Source: Candidatus Hydrogenedentota bacterium
GTDB taxonomy: Bacteria > Hydrogenedentota > Hydrogenedentia > Hydrogenedentales > SLHB01
Assembly: GCA_029974275.1 (NCBI GenBank)
Contig: JARKSN010000314.1
Coordinates: 1-31,404, forward strand
Length of the DNA: 31,404 bases
Direction of reading: 5' to 3'
This document shows, piece after piece, positions 17,978 through 28,504 of this stretch; position 1 is the first letter of the stretch; every line of letters begins with the position of its first letter. The notes beneath the pieces are model-generated. The model was not told the origin of the DNA. It did not search any database and worked only from the letters and a program-made list of their open reading frames with translations. Made by a program: the position numbers and the translations under genes.

Positions 17978-18895
17978 ATGCGCATCCTTATTGCCGAAGA
18001 CGACGCAGTATCGCGCCGGATGCTTCAAGCACAGTTGGAACGGTGGGGACATGAGGTGATCGTCACCTCGGACGGAGCCCAGGCGTTGAGCGCCTTATCC
18101 TGTCCCGATTCACCTCGTTTGGCCATTTTGGACTGGATCATGCCGGGTTTGGATGGCTTGGGCGTGACCAAGCGCGTTCGGGAGATGCCGGATCGTCCTC
18201 TTACGTACATTCTATTGTTGACGTCAAAGGACCAGAAGGAGGACATTGTCAGCGCGCTGGATTCCGGCGCGGACGATTACCTCGTCAAGCCATACGACGC
18301 CGAGGAGCTTAGGAGCCGCATCGGCGCCGGGTTGCGCATTCTTGGCCTCCAAGAACAGCTCGAACGCTTGAACCAACAATTGGCCGAGCAAGCGCGGACG
18401 GATTACCTCACCCAACTTCCCAATAGGCGCGCCGTGTTGGAACATCTCGCGTCTGAACTGGGGCGGTGCGCCCGTGTCGGAACCCCTTTGCTGGTCATGA
18501 TGGTCGACATTGATTATTTCAAGCGAATCAACGACACCCATGGGCATGCAGCGGGGGACAGCGTTCTGACCGAAGTGGCGCGCCGGTTGACGACGCACGT
18601 GCGGCTGTACGACGCCGTCGGAAGAATGGGAGGAGAGGAATTTTTGATCGTCGTGCCCGATATCGCCCTGGAACAGGCAGCGGCCACGGCCGATCGTATC
18701 CGGCAAACTCTTTCCGACACGCCTATCCCTCTTGACGGCACGGAGTTGCACATTACGGCAAGCATTGGGGTCGCATGGGCGCATCCGGATGATTCCGGGG
18801 CGTTCATCGCCGATCTGCTTATCCGAACGGCAGATGCGCAGCTCTATCAAGCCAAGACAAGCGGACGGAACCGGGTCTGCGTCACTCAGGTTTGA
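17978..18895 (+). CDS. Response-regulator diguanylate cyclase (REC-GGDEF)
   Basis: [43 protein letters not shown]-site RLYD, GGEEF. GGGGAG RBS. Confidence 0.94.
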   Translation: MRILIAEDDAVSRRMLQAQLERWGHEVIVTSDGAQALSALSCPDSPRLAILDWIMPGLDGLGVTKRVREMPDRPLTYILLLTSKDQKEDIVSALDSGADDYLVKPYDAEELRSRIGAGLRILGLQEQLERLNQQLAEQARTDYLTQLPNRRAVLEHLASELGRCARVGTPLLVMMVDIDYFKRINDTHGHAAGDSVLTEVARRLTTHVRLYDAVGRMGGEEFLIVVPDIALEQAAATADRIRQTLSDTPIPLDGTELHITASIGVAWAHPDDSGAFIADLLIRTADAQLYQAKTSGRNRVCVTQV

Positions 18896-19694
18896 CGCAG
18901 TCAAAAAGCGAGTTGTCCTTGGGCCCAAACCAGCCAAGGGCGTGCGCGCTGTTGCGCTCGCCGTAGATATTCGCGGTCGGCGTCCAGGTAAACTTCTCGG
19001 AAGTCACGTGCCCGTCGCACCACAACACGTTCACGCGGCCATTGTGCCGAAAATGCAGACTCGGCGAAGCATATCCCCAATCCGGATTTCCATGGGGATG
19101 GTCCGGCGTCACGAAATAGGGCGGCTCGGCGAAACTATATTCAATGATCAACCCATCTTGAGCCATCGCCGTGTCGGTGAACATAATCGTCTCTGTTGGC
19201 TTGCGGAGCCGGACGTCGCGCGTGGTCATGATCGAAGCCAACGGTCTGGGACGGAGATAGTCCGTTCCCCCTACGTACGCGGCATTGTAGCCGTAGCCGC
19301 CCGTCCCCGCTTCAAACGCCGTCATTCCGTTCACCTCGCGTTGGAACTCGGTGAATTCCGGACATTCCTTCACGCGGCGGTCCGGCAGGTATTCGGCCAG
19401 CGGCCCCTTGCCGGGGTCGAAGGGACTGTCCGGCGTCTCGCGCGCCCCATGCCAGCGCACGAGGCCGCCTCCAGGCGAATCGATATCCGGAGCGGCTGGG
19501 CAGAAAAAACCTTTGTTTTCGTCGGCATACATCCGGTTCGCCAAAAAAAGTTGCCGCAGGTTGTTCACGCATTGCATCGACCGGGCCTTGGCGCGAGCCC
19601 TGTTCAATGCAGGCAAGAGCAGCGATGCCAAAATGCCGATGATGGCGATCACGACGAGCAATTCAATCAACGTGAAGCCGTTTCGCGTCCTCAT
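18882..19694 (-). CDS. Prepilin-type N-terminal / DUF1559 / H-X9-DG protein
   Basis: [22 protein letters not shown]-terminal [17 protein letters not shown] overlap with the upstream gene. Confidence 0.9.
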   Translation of the reverse strand: MRTRNGFTLIELLVVIAIIGILASLLLPALNRARAKARSMQCVNNLRQLFLANRMYADENKGFFCPAAPDIDSPGGGLVRWHGARETPDSPFDPGKGPLAEYLPDRRVKECPEFTEFQREVNGMTAFEAGTGGYGYNAAYVGGTDYLRPRPLASIMTTRDVRLRKPTETIMFTDTAMAQDGLIIEYSFAEPPYFVTPDHPHGNPDWGYASPSLHFRHNGRVNVLWCDGHVTSEKFTWTPTANIYGERNSAHALGWFGPKDNSLFDCVKPE

Positions 19695-21886
19695 GCCCGT
19701 TTCCTCGAATTCCTGCGTGTGCGTGCAAGCGCCCGGCATCCCAGCCATGCCATCGCGGGCGCGATCAGCGCCGGAACTGCGGCAAGGGGAAGGGAATCGT
19801 AATAGCCCGCCGCGAGCGTCGTCGAATGGATGTATCGCGTCTGCGCCGCATCCTCAAAAACATGGATCTGAAAAAAATCGCGCAGGTTGGGCGCGGAAAT
19901 CGTCAGAAACGCTTGTCCTCCCGAGACCATGATCTGGTGTCCCGGCTGGGAAAGGTCCGCGTCGCCCGACGTGATGGCCGCTTCCGTCACGCTGACCGTC
20001 AACAACGTTCCGTCGGGAATGGGATTTCCCATGGCGTCATGCAGCGGCGTGCTCTGAACCTCCACCTCGACCGGAGCCTCGCCCTGAGGTGGTCCTGCGA
20101 TGGTCCAGTAAATGGCCGGAGCCGGAGGGCCCGGCACGAATAGATACAGCAGTTCCCCGTAGGCATCGCCTTGAACGCTTGCCGCGCGCACTATCGCCGC
20201 GCCCGCTTCACGCGCGGGTTGAACGATGAACGAAATCACTCCGTCAAGCACAGCGACCTGTATGCCTGGCGTGACGGCGTCGCGATCGGCGCTTACGATG
20301 GAACCATGCGAAGTGGAGACCGTGATGAGCGTGCCATCGGCCGCGGCATGGTCCTGAGCATCCACGATGGTCCCGCTGGTCACGCGCACCGTATTCGCCG
20401 GATTCGCAATGCACTGGTTAAACGGTTCCGCCGTCAGGGCGATAGGGCCGTGCGCCCCCTCGCTCGTATGCTCGTCGCCTGCGCCCGCGGGCGCGGCAAG
20501 GAGAAACGTTCCGGGATACCGGGTCCGGAACGTCACCCGGTTCACGGCCGCGTTGCACTCGATAGAGGAAAGGCCATCCTGGACATACGCGTGATTATGC
20601 AATCGGTACGGTTGAAGGGCGCTTTCCTCCAGCCCTGCAATTTCAGCGGCTTGGTATTGCAGCGTGATCTCTGCGGGTTGAATGCCTTCCGCCACGAAAT
20701 CCGGCGTCGACGATTGGAACGTGCGCACGACGGCAGACGGCAGCAACGTCGCGTCCGGCAACGTCCCCTCTGGCGCGGGGGGCGCCAGGATATCCACGGT
20801 TGCATGAAACGCACGGGCTGGATTCGAACGCGCGGCGCCTGCAAAAAAACGGATTTGCGCGCCTCGATCGTCCCGCGCCGTTCCGAGCAACGCACCGTTG
20901 CCGCCTCCGCCTTCCGAAGCGGGGATTTCAAGCGGCAAAACGGTGTTTTCTCGCCGGAACGGGTCGGTTCCGGCCACGCGCGTCTCATACTCGTCCAGTA
21001 TCCCGTCGCCATCGCTGTCGATTTCCGGGGCGACATCCGCTACGGCGTCGATCTCCGGCGAGACAACGCCAAGGCCCGGCATGCTGCGGTCCACGAAGGA
21101 CGTCAAGCGGATAAAGTGAAAACGCGTCAACGACGCAGGGTTTCCGTCAACGTCGACGGCCCAAGCGATGTCAAAAGCATCGCCCCCGCCGCTGCGAGGC
21201 GAGAGCCCCACTTTCCAGGGATCGTCAGGGCGCACGTAATTGTCGAGATACGGCATCTGGGTCGGGGTCATTTCCGCGTACCCCCAGGCGTACTCGAGGG
21301 CATCGTTTGAAGGGTCTGCGTCGAGCGCGTTTGGATTCGTGATATTGCCGCCCAACAACGTGATCGGGTGGGGAGAAAGGTTGTCCAGCCCTGCTGGTTC
21401 CACGACTGCCGGGAATGGTGAATACGGAAACGCACGGCTGCCCGGTATGAGATACCAGGGATCGTCCGCCAAACCGTTTCCGTTCACGTCTTCGCTGATT
21501 TCGATGAGGGCAGGTTCCTGGAATTTCCGTTGCGGACTGCCTCCGTTCCAAAAACAATTCGAAAAAACAATGCAATCCAATCCCATCGGGTTGGCCGGAT
21601 CGTCCGTAACCGGCGTGGCGAAACGCAGCGTCAGCGACCCGCCGACTCCACCCAACGAAACGACCCCGCTGTTGTTGGGCAACGTCGGTCCCAGGCCCGT
21701 CGGAGGCCCCAATGTCTTGGAGGGATCTACATAGGGCGCGCTTGCCCCCGGCCCCGGACTGTACTGCATGACCGCGTCGGCCCATGGGTCTTCCGCACGC
21801 GCTGCTGCGGTCAAAAGGAAAAAAAACAGACATAGAAACGCCCAAGACGTTTGAAAAAAGGATTGTAATGAAGCCCTTTGGAACAT
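19691..21886 (-). CDS. Secreted multidomain cell-surface protein, putative cobalamin-binding N-domain, Ig-like repeats, C-terminal TM anchor
   Basis: Signal peptide (AARA-ED), VSLGGVGG...[23 protein letters not shown]...[21 protein letters not shown] Ca-loop, two DGTL(I/L)TVS repeats, hydrophobic plus basic tail. Confidence 0.75.
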   Translation of the reverse strand: MFQRASLQSFFQTSWAFLCLFFFLLTAAARAEDPWADAVMQYSPGPGASAPYVDPSKTLGPPTGLGPTLPNNSGVVSLGGVGGSLTLRFATPVTDDPANPMGLDCIVFSNCFWNGGSPQRKFQEPALIEISEDVNGNGLADDPWYLIPGSRAFPYSPFPAVVEPAGLDNLSPHPITLLGGNITNPNALDADPSNDALEYAWGYAEMTPTQMPYLDNYVRPDDPWKVGLSPRSGGGDAFDIAWAVDVDGNPASLTRFHFIRLTSFVDRSMPGLGVVSPEIDAVADVAPEIDSDGDGILDEYETRVAGTDPFRRENTVLPLEIPASEGGGGNGALLGTARDDRGAQIRFFAGAARSNPARAFHATVDILAPPAPEGTLPDATLLPSAVVRTFQSSTPDFVAEGIQPAEITLQYQAAEIAGLEESALQPYRLHNHAYVQDGLSSIECNAAVNRVTFRTRYPGTFLLAAPAGAGDEHTSEGAHGPIALTAEPFNQCIANPANTVRVTSGTIVDAQDHAAADGTLITVSTSHGSIVSADRDAVTPGIQVAVLDGVISFIVQPAREAGAAIVRAASVQGDAYGELLYLFVPGPPAPAIYWTIAGPPQGEAPVEVEVQSTPLHDAMGNPIPDGTLLTVSVTEAAITSGDADLSQPGHQIMVSGGQAFLTISAPNLRDFFQIHVFEDAAQTRYIHSTTLAAGYYDSLPLAAVPALIAPAMAWLGCRALARTRRNSRKRA

Positions 21887-21913
21887 GGAGCATTCTCCTG
21901 GACGCCTTGTCCC

Positions 21914-22936
21914 TTATCGCCGCAAACGCCTGATCGAAATTCCTGCAATGCCGCTGGCCAAGATCAACAGGCCCAACGCGCCGACTGCCGGAATGGGTTC
22001 GTATTCCTTTTGCGAACCATATGCGCTTACGGTGGGCGCAAACCCCTCCCAGACCGTGCTCACGATATACACCGTATTCGTGACGTGGTTGTAAAAAGGG
22101 ACATAACTGTTATAGCCGACCGGATCGGGGTCAAGCAGTCCCGCAATCTCGCCCGTCGTGCTGTCGATAAACTGCACCGAATTTTCCCATGTCCCGGCGA
22201 TGAGCGTGCCGTTCGACGATACCGCGCTTACGCCGCCCTTATTGTAGGTTCCAAGAACGGCGCCATCCATCCACGTGAGCGGAACATCGGCGGCAAACGC
22301 GTCCAAGAGCGCGCTGACGTGAAAAATCCGCACCTCGCCGGTGTCGCCGGCAGTGGCGTACAGCAGATCGCGACGCGGACTGAGCGCGAACGCCGCGCCA
22401 TAATGTCCCGGTTTATCAAGGACCTTGCGCAACACGGGAACGCCGCTCGAGAAATCGGCCAATTGAATTTCCGAAGATCCCCAAACAGGCGTCGCCTCGA
22501 CGAAAACGCGCGTTTCGTCCAAGAATACGGCCCAATAATTCGGCAGCCCCGTGATGCAGTCTGCCGCCGGGGAATAATCCTGCGGCGCAATCAGATCAAG
22601 CCGGAAAATCTTCCCATTGTATCCGCCGCCCAACAACGCCATCCGGCCGCTCGGCGAGACCGCGCAAAAGGTCGCGTCGCCTGCATATCCCGAGGCGATG
22701 TGTTGCCACCCATCCTCTCCCCGGCCCGTTTGAACCTTCACCTGGTCGCCGTCGTAGAGCACGAAGCGACCATCAGGCAGATTGCCCAGCATGACGCCAT
22801 ACCCAAACGCGGACGTGGGGAACTGGGAAAAAGCGTCGAAACCTGGCGGAGGCGTGGCCGGAAGCATATTGGCGATCGCCGTGGGCATGGCGGCTGCGAT
22901 CGAAACGATACATGCGATGAAATACAACCTTCTCAT
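21914..22936 (-). CDS. Secreted putative beta-propeller protein with IPTL-CTERM-like sorting tail
   Basis: Signal peptide MRRLYFIACIVSIAAA, repeated blade-like segments, C-terminal IPAVGALGLLILASGIAGISIRRLRR. GGGAGAG RBS. Confidence 0.7.
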   Translation of the reverse strand: MRRLYFIACIVSIAAAMPTAIANMLPATPPPGFDAFSQFPTSAFGYGVMLGNLPDGRFVLYDGDQVKVQTGRGEDGWQHIASGYAGDATFCAVSPSGRMALLGGGYNGKIFRLDLIAPQDYSPAADCITGLPNYWAVFLDETRVFVEATPVWGSSEIQLADFSSGVPVLRKVLDKPGHYGAAFALSPRRDLLYATAGDTGEVRIFHVSALLDAFAADVPLTWMDGAVLGTYNKGGVSAVSSNGTLIAGTWENSVQFIDSTTGEIAGLLDPDPVGYNSYVPFYNHVTNTVYIVSTVWEGFAPTVSAYGSQKEYEPIPAVGALGLLILASGIAGISIRRLRR

Positions 22937-23014
22937 GCGAGTTCTCTCCCTAATGCGCAAAAAAAATATGCGCGCTGTACATGGCGTTACATGATCCAAG
23001 GACATCGATGAGGG

Positions 23015-23053
23015 AAAAAAGCAGGAAGGTCTGAAACGAAGGGCCTGTCCTGC
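23015..23053 (-). terminator. Intrinsic terminator, riboswitch expression platform
   Basis: Minus strand GCAGGA-CAGGCC...GACCT-TCCTGC followed by TTTTTT, located between the aptamer and the first gene. Confidence 0.75.
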
Positions 23054-23096
23054 TGCAACCTTTCCCGCGAAGTTGCTGCACGGAATATCCTAGCTG

Positions 23097-23262
23097 GCGG
23101 GCAGGTCTTCTGGCTCCCGGTTCCTCCTACACTCCGCTCCTTCCCGCCCAATCGGGCAGTGGCTTGTGCGGATTTCGTCCCCGGTTACAGCAGCGCGACT
23201 GCGACGGACTCTCACCGTGCTTCCCTTGGCCTACGCCAGCGCATCATCCGATTTGTCGGCTT
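23097..23262 (-). ncRNA. Cobalamin riboswitch
   Basis: Minus strand motifs in canonical order: AGGGAA (23226-23221), CGGTG, GCTGTAA, GCCACTG (23163-23157), GGGAAG, and B12 box AGCCAGAAGACCTGC (23115-23101). Ends are approximate. Confidence 0.95.
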
Positions 23263-23285
23263 TTCACCTCCTTTCTTCTTGCGAA

Positions 23286-23314
23286 AGTATATCCCCTCTC
23301 CCATATCCTGTCAA
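23286..23314 (-). promoter_or_regulatory. Sigma70 promoter of the riboswitch operon
   Basis: Minus strand TTGACA, 17 nt spacer, TATACT. Confidence 0.8.
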
Positions 23315-23362
23315 CTTGCCGTTTGTTCAGGCCATTTGGGCCCTGCGCGAAAGGGAGTCGCG

Positions 23363-23391
23363 TTGACTGTGCGTCGATGTGTTGCTATTCT
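23363..23391 (+). promoter_or_regulatory. Putative sigma70 promoter of ribD-ribE
   Basis: TTGACT, 17 nt spacer, TATTCT with an extended -10 TG. Confidence 0.7.
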
Positions 23392-23412
23392 CGCGGAGTG
23401 GATGGCGAACCC

Positions 23413-24510
23413 ATGAGAGACAAAGCCATGAGCAACGATGTCGAATACATGCGTCGAGCGCTGGCCTTGGCCGAAAAGGGGCGCGGGCGCACCAGTCCAA
23501 ACCCGATGGTCGGCGCGCTTCTTGTGCGCGACGGACGCATCATCGGCGAGGGGTGGCACGAGCGCGCGGGCGATCCGCACGCCGAGGTGAACGCCGTCAA
23601 TGCGGCAGGCGGCGATGTCGCCGGGGCGACGTTGTACGTGACGCTCGAGCCCTGTTCCCATGTCGGTCGGACGCCGCCTTGCGTGGACTTCTTGCTGGAT
23701 CGCCAATTGGCGCGTGTCGTCGTGGCCATGCACGATCCCAATCCCAAGGTTTGCGGCGAGGGCATTTTCAGGCTTCGCGCGGCGGGCGTCGACGTAGAGG
23801 TCGGCGTGCTCGAAGACGAGGCGCGTTGTCTCAACGAGTATTTCATCAAGTACATTACGACGAAAATGCCTTTTGTCATCGCAAAGTGCGGCATGTCTCT
23901 TGACGGCAAAATCGCCACGCGCACCGGCGACTCGCGCTGGGTCACCGGCGAGGAATCGCGGCGTATGGTTCACCGCCTGCGCAACGAAGTCGACGCGATC
24001 CTCGTCGGCAGTCGCACGGTCATGCTCGACGATCCCAGCCTCACAACCCGCCTCGAACGGGGCAAGGTCAAAGACCCCGTACGGGTCATTCTCGACGCCG
24101 ATTCCTATCTTGACGCCGATCGACGCGTGTTTCATCTGGAAGATAATGTGCCCACCCTCGTCGTTGTGCCGGACGACCGGCGCTTCGAAGGGCCTGCGGA
24201 GGTTGTGCGCGCGCCGTCCCGAAAGGGCGGCGTCGACCTTCGCCACCTCATGCGCGAACTTGCGGCGCGCGAGATCACGTCCGTGTTGATCGAAGGAGGG
24301 GGCACCACGCACGCCTCGGCCTTCGAGGAGGGCATTGTCGACAAGGTGATGTTTTTCATCGCGCCCAAAATCATCGGCGGTCGAGACGCCGTGACCGCTG
24401 TGGAAGGAGAAGGAATCGAACGCATGGCCGAGGCATTGCCGCTGGAACGCATGACGGCCCGTCCTGTCGGCGAGGACATTTTGGTCGAAGCCTATGTGAA
24501 GCGCGCGTGA
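23413..24510 (+). CDS. ribD: Bifunctional riboflavin deaminase/reductase (start 23413 or 23428)
   Basis: SPNPMVGA, HAEV, TLEPCSHVGRTPPC, SLDGKIAT, IEGG. Confidence 0.96.
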   Translation: MRDKAMSNDVEYMRRALALAEKGRGRTSPNPMVGALLVRDGRIIGEGWHERAGDPHAEVNAVNAAGGDVAGATLYVTLEPCSHVGRTPPCVDFLLDRQLARVVVAMHDPNPKVCGEGIFRLRAAGVDVEVGVLEDEARCLNEYFIKYITTKMPFVIAKCGMSLDGKIATRTGDSRWVTGEESRRMVHRLRNEVDAILVGSRTVMLDDPSLTTRLERGKVKDPVRVILDADSYLDADRRVFHLEDNVPTLVVVPDDRRFEGPAEVVRAPSRKGGVDLRHLMRELAAREITSVLIEGGGTTHASAFEEGIVDKVMFFIAPKIIGGRDAVTAVEGEGIERMAEALPLERMTARPVGEDILVEAYVKRA

Positions 24511-25139
24511 TGTTCACCGGAATTATCGAAGAGGTTGGCGCCGTGGCGCAACGGGCGGGATCGGATTTGGTCATCATGGCCAAGCGCGTTTTGGGCGATC
24601 TGCGCCTCGGCGACAGCGTTGCGGTGGAAGGCGTATGTCTGACGGTAACGGCGCTGCACGACGATCGCTTCGTGGCCCAGATGTCGCCGGAAACCCTCCA
24701 TCGCACGACGTTGGGACAACTCAAGAGCGGCAGCGCGGTCAATCTCGAACGCGCGATGACGATGGGCGGACGTTTCGGCGGCCACTTCGTGCTGGGGCAC
24801 GTGGACGGCGTCGGTCGCGTGGCGTCTATCCAGCCGCAAGGCGAATTTTCGCTGTGGCGGTTTCAAGCGCCCGGCGATGTCGCAAAATACATCATCCCCA
24901 AAGGATCGATCGCCGTCGACGGTATGAGCCTGACCGTCGTCGAACCCAGCGGCGACACATTCGGCGCAGCCATCATCCCGGCCACGATCAATGCGACCAC
25001 GCTCAAGGGGAAACGCGTCGGCGACGCCGTCAACCTCGAGGCCGACATGATCGGGAAGTATCTCCACCACTATATCAACGTTTCGAAGCAGGGCAACGGC
25101 GTCACCCTCGATTTCCTATCCAAGCACGGGTTTGCCTGA
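24510..25139 (+). CDS. ribE: Riboflavin synthase (alpha subunit)
   Basis: MFTGIIEE, GVCLT, VNLERA, GGHFVLGHVDG, KGSIAVDGMSLT. TGATG coupling with ribD. Confidence 0.96.
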   Translation: MFTGIIEEVGAVAQRAGSDLVIMAKRVLGDLRLGDSVAVEGVCLTVTALHDDRFVAQMSPETLHRTTLGQLKSGSAVNLERAMTMGGRFGGHFVLGHVDGVGRVASIQPQGEFSLWRFQAPGDVAKYIIPKGSIAVDGMSLTVVEPSGDTFGAAIIPATINATTLKGKRVGDAVNLEADMIGKYLHHYINVSKQGNGVTLDFLSKHGFA

Positions 25140-25175
25140 TCACGCTCTGCGACGCGGCAGAGAACAGGGGGCGCA

Positions 25176-26207
25176 TCATGCGTCATGTCGCCGTCTTCGC
25201 AACTGACCGCAGGCGGCGTTGATCTCTTGGCCGCGTTCGCGGCGAAGCGTGGCGGCGATGCCTTGCTTCTCCAAGGCGGCTTGGAATTCCCGGCAGCGTT
25301 CGAAGGATGGCGGCTTGAAATCGACCCCCGTGACGGGATTGAGTGGGATCACGTTCACGGACGCCTTCAATCCGCGCAGCAGCGCCGCCAGTTCCTGGGC
25401 GTCCCGCAGCGAATCGTTGATGTCCTGTATGAGGGTCCATTCGATCGTTACCTGACGCCCTGTAGCGGATTGATAGTCGCGCACGGCCTCGATGATCGCG
25501 TCGATCGGAAAGACACGGTTGAGCGGGACAAGTTTTGAACGCAGGGCGTCATTCGCCGCATGAAGCGAGACGCTAAGCCGAACCTGCCAGTTTTCCGCGG
25601 CAAACTTTCGGATGCCGTCCACGTCTCCTGCCGTGGAGACCGTGATTTTGCGCGCGCCGATGCGCCACCCTTCGGGGGCCATGAGCAGCCGAATGCTTTT
25701 CATGACGGCGTCGTAATTCCGGAACGGCTCCCCCATTCCCATGTACACGATGTTGGGACTCGTTCCGTCGAGGTTCTCCTCCGCGAGCAAATGCGTCACT
25801 TGCTCGGCGATCTCGCCGGGGCTGAGGTTGCGCGTGAACCCCGACAGGCCCGTGGCGCAAAAGGCGCATTTCAGTGCGCACCCCGCCTGAGTCGAAACGC
25901 AGACGGTCACGCGATTGCGATCGCGGAGGAGCACCGACTCGATCGTTTCGCCATCTTTCAGCTGGAACAGAGCCTTTTGGGCGTCGGCGACGCGCATCGA
26001 ACAGGCCGCATCCGCGCGCTCAATCAGCGGAACGGTCGCCTGCTCCGCAATTTGGCGACGAAGGTCCTTCGGAAGGTCCGTCATCGCCTGAGGGTCGAAT
26101 ACGCCGCGTCGGTGCATCCATTGGAAAATCTGCTTTCCTTGATACGGTTTGACGCCTAAAACAGCCGCGATTTCATCCGGCAACAGGTCGGTCAGGGCAA
26201 TGGTCAT
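25176..26207 (-). CDS. rlmN: 23S rRNA/tRNA m2A methyltransferase (radical SAM)
   Basis: CVSTQAGCALKCAFCATG, MGMGEP, SLHA, INAACGQL. Confidence 0.95.
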   Translation of the reverse strand: MTIALTDLLPDEIAAVLGVKPYQGKQIFQWMHRRGVFDPQAMTDLPKDLRRQIAEQATVPLIERADAACSMRVADAQKALFQLKDGETIESVLLRDRNRVTVCVSTQAGCALKCAFCATGLSGFTRNLSPGEIAEQVTHLLAEENLDGTSPNIVYMGMGEPFRNYDAVMKSIRLLMAPEGWRIGARKITVSTAGDVDGIRKFAAENWQVRLSVSLHAANDALRSKLVPLNRVFPIDAIIEAVRDYQSATGRQVTIEWTLIQDINDSLRDAQELAALLRGLKASVNVIPLNPVTGVDFKPPSFERCREFQAALEKQGIAATLRRERGQEINAACGQLRRRRHDA

Positions 26208-27010
26208 GGCAATCCTTCGTCGTTTTCGATCGAGAACCAACGCGCCTCCACTCCAGCATTGATGGAAACGCTCCGCAAGCGAAATTCCATCCAAATCTTT
26301 TCCTGCGGGAGCATCGCCTTGACGACGCCCGGAAAGGCAACGCCGTCGACATCGCAGTAGTCCGTCTTCGTGATCGTGGCAATGACCTGCCCGCGCTGCA
26401 GCAACTCGTTCTTGACGACGCGCCAATCGGGGCCCGTCACCTCGACCCGCTGCCGAGGCCGCCTGCGGGGCCCTATTTCGAGCACGACCGTTGTGCGCGC
26501 CTCGTCAAAAGCGACCATGCGCACCGCGCCGTCTCCCCGCTCAGCCCAGCCCTCCGACAGGAACAATTCGCGAATAAGCGTCTCGGGTGAAAGCTTCGGG
26601 CCGATGCCCAGGAAAGTGTCCGGGTTGCGGCGAAGTTCCCGTCTTCCCTCGGACGGCAATTCAAGGAGCATGGTATTGTTGGCGTGAACCAGGCGTATGC
26701 CCAGCAGGCCCGCTCGGGTTCGTCCGGCGACGTACAGATCGGCCGGACGACGAAAAGCCACCACGCTGTTATGAAACCGCTGCACGGCGTCCGACGCGGG
26801 CGTCTGGATCGTAAACACGCCTTCTGCGCGGAAATGGTCCACTTTCTCATCGTTTTGCCCCAGCGCCGTCAAAATAGTCGCCAACGACGGGGCATTGGGC
26901 GGCAACGAACTGCGAGGTTCGCGAGGAGACATGGTTGCGCACCCAGCGATTCCGGCGACAAGAAAGGCAACCGCCCAGCGCGAAGGCGCAGCGGTCCGTG
27001 TCAAGAACAT
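26204..27010 (-). CDS. Putative lipoprotein, possibly LolA/LolB-like beta fold
   Basis: Lipobox IAGC after a hydrophobic stretch; ATGA overlap with rlmN. The fold is inference. Confidence 0.65.
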   Translation of the reverse strand: MFLTRTAAPSRWAVAFLVAGIAGCATMSPREPRSSLPPNAPSLATILTALGQNDEKVDHFRAEGVFTIQTPASDAVQRFHNSVVAFRRPADLYVAGRTRAGLLGIRLVHANNTMLLELPSEGRRELRRNPDTFLGIGPKLSPETLIRELFLSEGWAERGDGAVRMVAFDEARTTVVLEIGPRRRPRQRVEVTGPDWRVVKNELLQRGQVIATITKTDYCDVDGVAFPGVVKAMLPQEKIWMEFRLRSVSINAGVEARWFSIENDEGLP

Positions 27011-27105
27011 GAAGCATACCCTTTCCGGCGTGTGCTCGTTCACGCCTGCAAGAACGCGGCGCGCATCGTCCGCGCTGGCCCTCAAGGATAACACCTATCG
27101 AGGCG

Positions 27106-27143
27106 AAAAAATACTGGGGCGCACGGAATTCCGTGCGCCCCAG
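27106..27143 (-). terminator. Intrinsic terminator of the DUF1559 gene
   Basis: Perfect palindrome CTGGGGCGCACGGAATTCCGTGCGCCCCAG (27114-27143) followed on the minus strand by TATTTTTT. Confidence 0.85.
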
Positions 27144-27169
27144 GAAACACAGACGCGAAACAAACGGGA

Positions 27170-28261
27170 TCAGTTCGGGAACGGTCCTCCCTTGGACTGT
27201 ACGGCGTATGCCTTCCAGAGGTCATCGCCCACGCTGTTATATGGCGCGGAGCCTCCCACGAAATACGCGACGCCTTCGGTGCAGGGGAACTTGGCCTTGT
27301 AGCGGATGAATTCGACGTGGCCGTCCATATACAAACAGTTCAGTCCGCCCGGCACATGGTTGAACCGCGCCACAAAATCCGGAGAGGCGTCTCCCGGATC
27401 CGGAGCCGGAAACAGCCCCGTCTCCGTATTGGGCGCGCTGATGATGTCGAACATGATGGGGATCTGACTTTGCGCCAAATTGCTCGCGGCGGGATTGTTG
27501 ATGTCGGTGATCAGAAAACGTTCAATGCCTTCACGAACGCGATAGGTGATCTTGCCATTGCCCGATCCCCAGCAACGCTGATCCGTTTCCTCCAACGTGA
27601 ATTGAGTGATCGGTCCGCCCCAATTTACATCCGAATCCACCGTAAACGGAATCAGGGGCGGATCATACATGAGGCCAGGCATGCTACGAATGATGTAGAC
27701 CTCATAGTCGCGCTTATAGAGCCAGGAAAGGTGCTGGCCGGGATTGGCGGGGTCAAGGCCCGCCGTGCACGCCGTCGTGTCTGGCTGGGCCAACCACGCC
27801 AAATACGCGTACGAATTGGGGCCCAGCACGCAAATCATGCCTTCCTGTCTATCGCGATCCGTAACGCCCGCAGTGTTATATATCGTCTCGATCCGCTTCG
27901 ACAGATCTTCCTTTGTCGGGGCCGTTGCGTCTGAAGGACACAGCATGACGCCGGGGTCGGTCAAATATTCCGGATACAGCAACAACGGTTCCGGCGTCAT
28001 CAAATTCGCCAAACGATCGATGTTCAGAAAGCCTCCCGGCTTGCTTTCCATCGGAAACGCTACCGGCGGGAATTTGCCGCCTCGGTCTTCGCCCGCGTAC
28101 ATCTTAAATACCAACCCCATCTGCTTGAGGTTGTTTTGGCAGCTCGAGCGACGGGCGGCTTCGCGCGCTCGCGCCAGAGCGGGCAATAGAATAGCAGCTA
28201 GGATTCCGATTATGGCAATGACGACGAGCAACTCAATCAGGGTAAAGCCTTTCCTCTTCAT
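27170..28261 (-). CDS. DUF1559 prepilin-type N-terminal cleavage/methylation protein
   Basis: [89 protein letters not shown]. Confidence 0.92.
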   Translation of the reverse strand: MKRKGFTLIELLVVIAIIGILAAILLPALARAREAARRSSCQNNLKQMGLVFKMYAGEDRGGKFPPVAFPMESKPGGFLNIDRLANLMTPEPLLLYPEYLTDPGVMLCPSDATAPTKEDLSKRIETIYNTAGVTDRDRQEGMICVLGPNSYAYLAWLAQPDTTACTAGLDPANPGQHLSWLYKRDYEVYIIRSMPGLMYDPPLIPFTVDSDVNWGGPITQFTLEETDQRCWGSGNGKITYRVREGIERFLITDINNPAASNLAQSQIPIMFDIISAPNTETGLFPAPDPGDASPDFVARFNHVPGGLNCLYMDGHVEFIRYKAKFPCTEGVAYFVGGSAPYNSVGDDLWKAYAVQSKGGPFPN

Positions 28262-28475
28262 GACACGCAACACTCCTTTCTGAATCTGACTTCGCCAAAA
28301 TAAAACTATGATTCCCACGCTTCACAAAATGACAAGACCACGTTTTCCCCTACAACGACGGAACGAAACCTTACGCCGTTCCCGCACGGAAGATGCAATT
28401 CGGAGGCTACCTCATCCCCCCTTCCCCATTCAACATTTCCATTTTACGGCGTCACGCAGTCCACGTCTTGACTCT

Positions 28476-28504
28476 AGTCTATCACGAGGCGAGCAAAAAA
28501 GCAA
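28476..28504 (-). promoter_or_regulatory. Candidate sigma70 promoter of the DUF1559 gene
   Basis: Minus strand TTGCTT, 17 nt spacer, TAGACT with extended TG, in an AT-rich intergenic region. Confidence 0.45.

Noticed and set aside
23315..23412. FMN riboswitch before ribD, or functional coupling of rib genes to the B12 switch
   Set aside because: No RFN motif and too little space. The cobalamin aptamer is on the opposite strand with its own promoter.
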